A stretch of DNA of 64,000 nt from Deltaproteobacteria bacterium (GTDB lineage: Bacteria; Myxococcota_A; UBA9160; SMWR01). The notes below the pieces were generated by a model that saw nothing but the letters and a program-made list of their open reading frames with translations, made no database searches and had not been told where the DNA came from. A program made the position numbers and the translations under genes. Positions 58,171 to 64,000 of this stretch are shown one piece after another. Where the stretch lies: NCBI GenBank assembly GCA_032128375.1, contig JAQBGU010000084.1:49322-113321 (forward strand), in the 5' to 3' direction. Position 1 is the first letter of the stretch. Each line of letters begins with the position of its first letter.

Positions 58171-59051
58171 TTGTCGCGCTTCGCCTGGTTGCGGATGACT
58201 TCCATGCCAGATGGGTCGACCGGAATCTTGAAGATCTGTTGGTTGTGAGAGTGACCGAGCTGCTGCAACGTCATTGCAGCCTGCAGTGCGGGCCACAGGC
58301 CTTGTGCATCCTGCATCTGGTTGACCGATTGCTTTGCGAGCTTCAATCCCATGCTGGGGCGACTCGCGATGCGGACTGCGAGGTCCAGCGTGTAGGCTTC
58401 GAGTTCGTCGCGGGCGACGACGGTGTTCACCATCCCGAGCGCGCGGGCTTCCTCGGCCGACAGCACTTCGCCGGTAAACAGCATCTCTTTGGCCTTCCGG
58501 ACTCCCACCTCCCAGGGGTGTGCGAAGTACTCGACGCCGTTGACGCCGAACGCGACGACCGGGTCGGAAAATGTGGCGTCTTCGCTGGCGATGATCAGGT
58601 CGCACACCCACGCGAGCATCAAGCCGCCGGCAATGGTCTTGCCGTGCACCTGCGCGATGGTCGGCTTCGGCAGGTTGCGCCAGCGCCAGCAGAATCCCAG
58701 GTAGATCTCCTGCTCGACCGCCATGTGTCCTTCGGCGCCGGGAAGCGATGAGCCGCCCCAGGTTCCGACCGGCGAGAAGTCCGACATCGATGAGCTATCG
58801 CGCAGGTCGTGGCCCGACGAAAAATGTGGGCCATCCGCACTGAGAACGATCACCTTGATGCCATTGTCATGGGCGGCTCGGTCGAAAGCCGCGTTCAGCG
58901 CGTACAGCATCGGCTTGTCCTGTGCGTTGCGCGCTTCGGGTCGCGCCAACACGATTCGGGCCACGCCAGCGGCGGGTGTCTCGTAGCGGATGCCGTCGTG
59001 GCTCGCTCCGTCGGCGCCCTTCGAAGCATTTCCGTGGGTTGCTTCTGTCAT
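58167..59051 (-). CDS. Enoyl-CoA hydratase/crotonase
   Basis: FSSGHDL, KPTIAQVHG, IAGGLMLAWVCD and EYFAHPWE motifs. Confidence 0.92.
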   Translation of the reverse strand: MTEATHGNASKGADGASHDGIRYETPAAGVARIVLARPEARNAQDKPMLYALNAAFDRAAHDNGIKVIVLSADGPHFSSGHDLRDSSSMSDFSPVGTWGGSSLPGAEGHMAVEQEIYLGFCWRWRNLPKPTIAQVHGKTIAGGLMLAWVCDLIIASEDATFSDPVVAFGVNGVEYFAHPWEVGVRKAKEMLFTGEVLSAEEARALGMVNTVVARDELEAYTLDLAVRIASRPSMGLKLAKQSVNQMQDAQGLWPALQAAMTLQQLGHSHNQQIFKIPVDPSGMEVIRNQAKRDK

Positions 59052-59134
59052 GCTGAGTCCTCCCGAGCGTCGAGGAGGCTTCCCCGAGCTGAATCTCGTG
59101 TAAGATCGATTCCCCCAAATAGGAGGCGCGAACC

Positions 59135-59785
59135 GTGAAATTCTACAACTCTCTCGGACCCAATCCCCGATTGGTTCGAATGTTCATGCTCGAAAAAGGC
59201 ATAGATATTCCCGCAATCGAGATCGACATCATGGCCGGCGCAAACCGCCAATCGGCGTATACCGATGTCAACCCGGCGGGCCAGATGCCATCGCTGACGC
59301 TGGACGACGGTAAGAATATCGCCGAAACCATCGTCATTTGTGAGTGCCTCGAGGAGGCGCATCCGACGCCCGCGCTGATTGGATCGACGCTTTCCGAGCG
59401 GGCGCAGACTCGGATGTGGACGCGGCGCATCGAGTTCAAGATCAACAATCCGCTCACCGATGCGTTCCGCTACGCCGAAGGGCTGCCGATGTTCAAGGAT
59501 CGGATGCGCACGATTCCCGAGGCGGCCGACGGTTTGAAGGCGATGGCGCGCGAAGGCCTCGAATGGCTCGACGGTCAACTGGCTGGTCGCGCTTTCGTCT
59601 GCGGCGATCGTTTTTCGCTGGCCGACATCACACTCTATGCATTTCTGGATTTCGCTCCCGGTGTCGGACAACCCATCGATCCGGCACTGAAGAACGTCAG
59701 TGGCGTGCTCGAGCGCATCGCCAGTCGACCCAGCGCTGAAGCCAGCATTCATCCGGCAGCCAAAGCCGGCGGCATGCGCGCGTAG
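59135..59785 (+). CDS. Glutathione S-transferase
   Basis: GPNPRLVR, NPAGQMP and GDRFSLADI motifs; GGAGG RBS. Confidence 0.9.
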   Translation: MKFYNSLGPNPRLVRMFMLEKGIDIPAIEIDIMAGANRQSAYTDVNPAGQMPSLTLDDGKNIAETIVICECLEEAHPTPALIGSTLSERAQTRMWTRRIEFKINNPLTDAFRYAEGLPMFKDRMRTIPEAADGLKAMAREGLEWLDGQLAGRAFVCGDRFSLADITLYAFLDFAPGVGQPIDPALKNVSGVLERIASRPSAEASIHPAAKAGGMRA

Positions 59786-60076
59786 ATCGCTACACAGAGA
59801 TTGCTACCGAGAATCGATCGGTAACGTCGATCCGATCACCCATATCGGATGATCCATCGGTTGTTCAGTGCAGGGAAAGTGGGCCGCACATCGCTGTGAG
59901 CGGTGGCGGCCCACCCCGAATTCGGGATTGACAGGTCTGCTGGTCATCAACCCACACAGAGCCGGTCGATGCGGAGACGCCGGGGCTGTGTGCAAGCGTG
60001 AAGAGATGGGCTCCAAGGGGACCGCTGACGCCGATGCTTGCGTCGCGATGGATGCCTCGATGCGGCGAACGCGCAG

Positions 60077-60880
60077 TTACCCTCGAGCCTCTGCGGCCAC
60101 GTAGTGGATCGCGTTTGCGATGAGCCTGCGCAGGCCCGGGTTCTGGTAGGCATCGGGTCCGTCGCCGCAGGCGATGTAGACGATGGGGCTGTTGCGGTAG
60201 CGGTGAGTCCACGCGATGAGATTGGTACCCGGCGGGTGCGACCAACCTTCGCGCGAAAACATTTTGCCCCGCAGCGCGAGCTGCGCGGAATAGAATTCAG
60301 CATCGACGAATCGGTGATCGCTGCGCAGCAGGGGTGTCAGGAGCGCTTCGTTGATTGGACACAAATAGAGTTCGTCTTCGATCTCGAAGCCCTCGTCGAG
60401 GCCCTGGGTAACGGCGTGTCCGGCGGCAACCGAGCGAATCCGGTGCTTGACGGCATGCCGGTACCCGGAAGCCGGGTAGCTCTGGCCACGGACCTCGCCT
60501 GGTTGATACAGGAACCGGCCGCCGATGATGTCTGCATACTCGGGCCAACTCGGCCAGCCGGCGATCGCGTGGTGTAGAAACACGAATCCGTGTCCACTCC
60601 CGAGCAGCTCGAGGAAACCTCGCACATAGTCTGCCGGCGGGTCGTGAAACTTCGCGCCGCCCGCCGAAAATTCGATACCGGGCATGTCGTATAGTACGTA
60701 CGCGTCGTAGTGTGAAGCGCGCTCCGGCGTGAAGAACGCTTGCGCGGCCGGCTGCTCGACAGCCGACCAGCCGATGTCGGGAATTGCGTCGAAGATGGCG
60801 AAGAAAGGGTCCCGCTCGAAGGGGTGTCCCTTGGTGACGACCAGAATTTCGAGGTCCGATCCGTAACGGATGATCGACAT
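60077..60880 (-). CDS. ThuA-like (class I glutamine amidotransferase-fold) protein
   Basis: TKGHPF, YDMPG, LHHA, DELY and GD motifs. Confidence 0.75.
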   Translation of the reverse strand: MSIIRYGSDLEILVVTKGHPFERDPFFAIFDAIPDIGWSAVEQPAAQAFFTPERASHYDAYVLYDMPGIEFSAGGAKFHDPPADYVRGFLELLGSGHGFVFLHHAIAGWPSWPEYADIIGGRFLYQPGEVRGQSYPASGYRHAVKHRIRSVAAGHAVTQGLDEGFEIEDELYLCPINEALLTPLLRSDHRFVDAEFYSAQLALRGKMFSREGWSHPPGTNLIAWTHRYRNSPIVYIACGDGPDAYQNPGLRRLIANAIHYVAAEARG

Positions 60881-60883
60881 GGT

Positions 60884-61669
60884 TCAGCCCTGCCTTACTG
60901 GCGCAAGCTGAGGCGGGAGGAACTGGCCCGTCCCTGCAGTGACACCCCCGTCGACCGGGATGATCGCCCCGGTGACAAACGATGCGTCGGGTGACACCAG
61001 GAAGGCGATGACCGCTGCCACTTCGTCCGCTTCTCCCCAGCGCTGCAACGGGATGTGGCTCCGCAGTGCTTGATACACCGCGGGGACCGATGCTTCGATC
61101 ACAGCGGTCATTCCGGTGCGAATCGGTCCAGGGCAAACCGCATTGACGCGGATTGCATCGCGAGCCAGATCGATCGCCGCTGATCGGACGTAGTTGATGA
61201 CGGCCCCTTTGGCTGCGTTGTACGCCCACATGTTCGGGTCGCCACCCATACCCGATACCGACGCGGTTGCGACCACCGAACCTCCCCCCGCGGCGCGCAG
61301 TGCAGGAGTGGCAGCACGGGTTCCGAGCACGGTCCCGCGCAGGTTGACGGCGACGACGCGATCGAAGTCGGCCAAGGGTAACGACTCGACGCTACCGGCC
61401 GCGGGCAGGCCGGCGTTGAGCGCGACGGCATCGAGTCGCCCGAACTCCCGGACGGCGAGCTCCACCATAGCGGCGTTGGTCGCTTCGTCGGTGATATCGC
61501 CGGCGAGCGAAGCGATCCGATCGACGTCATCGGTCCATGCGAGTTTGTCCGCGTCCAGGTCGACCGCCACCACCGATGCGCCTCCGGCGACCAGTCGCTC
61601 GCATAGTGCGCGACCGATGCCGGACGCCGCTCCGGTGACCACTACGACCTGTCCCGCGTTCGCGCTCAT
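60884..61669 (-). CDS. SDR oxidoreductase
   Basis: [16 protein letters not shown] and VDGG motifs. Confidence 0.92.
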   Translation of the reverse strand: MSANAGQVVVVTGAASGIGRALCERLVAGGASVVAVDLDADKLAWTDDVDRIASLAGDITDEATNAAMVELAVREFGRLDAVALNAGLPAAGSVESLPLADFDRVVAVNLRGTVLGTRAATPALRAAGGGSVVATASVSGMGGDPNMWAYNAAKGAVINYVRSAAIDLARDAIRVNAVCPGPIRTGMTAVIEASVPAVYQALRSHIPLQRWGEADEVAAVIAFLVSPDASFVTGAIIPVDGGVTAGTGQFLPPQLAPVRQG

Positions 61670-61745
61670 TGGTTGCTCCCTTCAGACGTTCGGTTGGCCA
61701 TCATGCATCGCAAAGCTCGCTACCCGCAACTACCTGTGCATCACT

Positions 61746-61784
61746 ATCCATGGCAGAATCCATGTCAGAATCTGTGTCAGAATC
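61746..61784. repeat. Three 12-bp tandem repeats in a divergent intergenic region
   Basis: atccatggcaga / atccatgtcaga / atctgtgtcaga / atc. Confidence 0.7.
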
Positions 61785-61808
61785 GACGGACTAAAAGGAG
61801 AAGCTCAC

Positions 61809-62111
61809 ATGCTCGTCGTCGCCGGGATCATCAGCATCGACCCCGCCAAGCTCGAGGAAGCCAAGCAGGCGGCGGCCATCATGATGGCCGAGACCCACAA
61901 GGAACCGGGTAACGGCGCATACGTATTCTCTGAGAGTTTCTCCGATGCTGGCGTCGTGCATATCTTCGAGGAGTGGGAGTCGCAGGAAGCGCTCGACTTT
62001 CATTTCAAGACCCCGCACATGGCAGAGTTTCAACAAAAGATGGGTTCGTTCGGTATCAAGGGCATGTCGGTACACAAGTACGAGGTGTCTTCGAAAGGCC
62101 CGCTGTCCTGA
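61809..62111 (+). CDS. Antibiotic biosynthesis monooxygenase-family protein
   Basis: EPGN..Y, FEEWESQEALDFHFKTPHM; AAGGAG RBS. Confidence 0.88.
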   Translation: MLVVAGIISIDPAKLEEAKQAAAIMMAETHKEPGNGAYVFSESFSDAGVVHIFEEWESQEALDFHFKTPHMAEFQQKMGSFGIKGMSVHKYEVSSKGPLS

Positions 62112-62172
62112 CCTGTTTTTTGCACTAGAGGGAATTTTTCACCGTCGTCGCCTGCACGCTAGAGCTGGCGCT

Positions 62173-62979
62173 CTACCGGCCGGTCGCTCTCGCGATGAAG
62201 CCCGTTGCGGCAGCGTTGAACTCCGCTGCGGCCTCGATGTTCACCGCGTGGCCGGCGGCGATGTCGATCGATTCCAGCATCGGCATGCTCCTCGACGCGA
62301 ACGCGGCGGGTTTGGCAAAACGCTTTTCACGTTCGCCGCGGACCAGCAGCGTGGGCACACGATTCGCTGTAATCCGGTTGCGAACCGATGAGGACAGCAC
62401 GGTGTGGAGCCCGGACTTCACGATTCCATCCGTTGAGTGCAAATCGCTATCCGCGATCAGTGCATCGCGAACTTCAGGTGGCAGGTTCAACGCCCGCTTC
62501 GGATGGACGGGCAGGCGATCGATGGCGCTGCGTCCCCGCTCGGCAACCGCCAGTGCCAGCGCTTCCATCGCCGGCCTCGTTGCGCGGCTCCAATCGGCGG
62601 GCGCCAGCGCGGAATTCGAGTTCGTAAAAATTTGGGCGATGGTCCGGCCTGGGTGGTCGAGCGCGTAGCGCAGCGTCAGCGCGGCTCCGAGTGATTGTCC
62701 GCATACGAGCCAACGCTCGGCTCCCAACGATTCTCGCAGTCGCTCGAACGCGGACACGTAATGGTCGGGAGAAAAGAACTCGCCGCGCTCTGGACTCGGC
62801 GATCGACCGTGACCGAAAAGCTCTACGACGACCGGTCGCGCGACTTCCGAGAGCGCGTGCAGGTTCAAGTCCCACTGTGCTCGGCTCGACAACAGGCCGT
62901 GTACGAGCAGCAGGTACGGCCCGTTGCCCGAATGAACTTCGCACGCCAGATCGGGCTGCTCAGAGTTTGGATCCGTCAT
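62173..62979 (-). CDS. Alpha/beta hydrolase
   Basis: LVHG, GHGRS, GQSLG nucleophile elbow and AGHAVNIE. Confidence 0.85.
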   Translation of the reverse strand: MTDPNSEQPDLACEVHSGNGPYLLLVHGLLSSRAQWDLNLHALSEVARPVVVELFGHGRSPSPERGEFFSPDHYVSAFERLRESLGAERWLVCGQSLGAALTLRYALDHPGRTIAQIFTNSNSALAPADWSRATRPAMEALALAVAERGRSAIDRLPVHPKRALNLPPEVRDALIADSDLHSTDGIVKSGLHTVLSSSVRNRITANRVPTLLVRGEREKRFAKPAAFASRSMPMLESIDIAAGHAVNIEAAAEFNAAATGFIARATGR

Positions 62980-63034
62980 TCGCCAGTCGAACGGGTAAAC
63001 CGAAATGCTGTGAGGGGTGAGCCGAACCTCCGCT

Positions 63035-63886
63035 TCAGACCTCGAAGCGATACGCGCCCCCATCGCGGACGATGCGGCCCCCGCTAGGGGTGTTGAAATG
63101 TGTCCCGAGAATCAGCACCGGTTGATCCGCGTTTCCATCGAGGAACTCGAGGCGCGTGCGGTGGGCGAGTTCGCGGTTGATGTCGGCGAGATCTTCCCAA
63201 TCGGGATGCGCCATCTGCAAGGGGTGGTGGAAGAGGTCCCCAGTGATGATGGCTCGCTCGCCGCGCGAGCTGATCTCGACGCTGACATGACCGGGTGTGT
63301 GGCCCGGTGTCGGAATCAGTCGGACCTCGTCGGTTACGACGTGGTTCGTTTCGACGAGGTCGACGAGCCCCGCGTCGAAGACCGGCAGGATCGAGTCGTG
63401 CTTCGCTTCGGGTGCGTACGGGTCGTCCTCATCTTTCCAGAAGCTCCATTCGGCTTCCCCGACGAGGTAGCGGGCGTTCTTGAATGTCGGCACCCACTTT
63501 CCGTCTTCGAGGACTGTGTTCCAACCCACGTGATCGAAGTGCAGGTGCGTACACAGTACGCGGTCCACCGAGTCTGGCGCGAACCCCGCGGATTCGAGGT
63601 CGGACAGAAAGGACGTCTGCAGGTTGCTCCAATCGGGCATCGGCCGGTTTTTTCCGGCACCCAGGCAGGTGTCGACCACGATGCGAGCATCGCCTGCGCG
63701 GATCGCGAAGGCGTGAATGCTCAGCAGGATGTTGCCGTCCTCATCGAGAAAGTGCGGACGTAACCAACTGTGGAGGTCGACCAGATTTTCCGGTGTGGCT
63801 TTGGGAATCAACATACTGCCGGGCACAGCGCTGACCACTTCAACGACGCGCGTGATCTCGACATCGCCGATCTTCCAGACTTCCAT
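63035..63886 (-). CDS. Metallo-beta-lactamase-fold hydrolase
   Basis: THLHFDHVGWN, TPGHTPGH, GDLFH and GTHF motifs. Confidence 0.9.
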   Translation of the reverse strand: MEVWKIGDVEITRVVEVVSAVPGSMLIPKATPENLVDLHSWLRPHFLDEDGNILLSIHAFAIRAGDARIVVDTCLGAGKNRPMPDWSNLQTSFLSDLESAGFAPDSVDRVLCTHLHFDHVGWNTVLEDGKWVPTFKNARYLVGEAEWSFWKDEDDPYAPEAKHDSILPVFDAGLVDLVETNHVVTDEVRLIPTPGHTPGHVSVEISSRGERAIITGDLFHHPLQMAHPDWEDLADINRELAHRTRLEFLDGNADQPVLILGTHFNTPSGGRIVRDGGAYRFEV

Positions 63887-63910
63887 GGCACTCCTCCGCT
63901 GACGCGAGAT

Positions 63911-64000
63911 CTAGTACCGCGTCAACCCCGGGCGATCGCCAAAACCGAGGTACGCGATCCGTCGGAAGCCGAGATCCATGTCGGCGGCCGATGTGCGAAT
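63911..64000 (-). CDS. 3' end of a CDS cut by the window edge; product unknown
   Basis: Open frame IRTSAADMDLGFRRIAYLGFGDRPGLTRY* ending just upstream of the MBL gene RBS. Confidence 0.4.
   Translation of the reverse strand: MRTSAADMDLGFRRIAYLGFGDRPGLTRY

Overview
GC-rich bacterial window with about 55 intact CDSs, mostly catabolic or redox enzymes (SDRs, LLM/F420 oxidoreductases, amidohydrolases, a class III CoA-transferase, a BVMO, a KshA-like Rieske oxygenase, a carotenoid oxygenase, GSTs). It also carries housekeeping genes (cca, pepN, ilvA), cell-surface modification genes (two GT-C membrane proteins, two Thr-type sulfatase-like proteins, a sulfotransferase, a PEP-CTERM protein) and one complete IS1634-family element. 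The gene content suggests a Myxococcota/deltaproteobacteria-like organism (inference). About nine decayed gene remnants are scattered through the window. The standout signal is at 17626-18642: a rhodanese domain is split at its active-site loop by an in-frame UGA (YCT-U-PEDMSSARAA), followed by a SECIS-like hairpin, and continues in frame into a class III nucleotide cyclase with non-canonical base-specificity residues. This is a candidate selenocysteine-containing redox- or sulfur-sensing cyclase that the ORF track splits in two. I recognised no rRNA, tRNA or CRISPR array. All family calls come from motif recognition by eye; no database searches were run.
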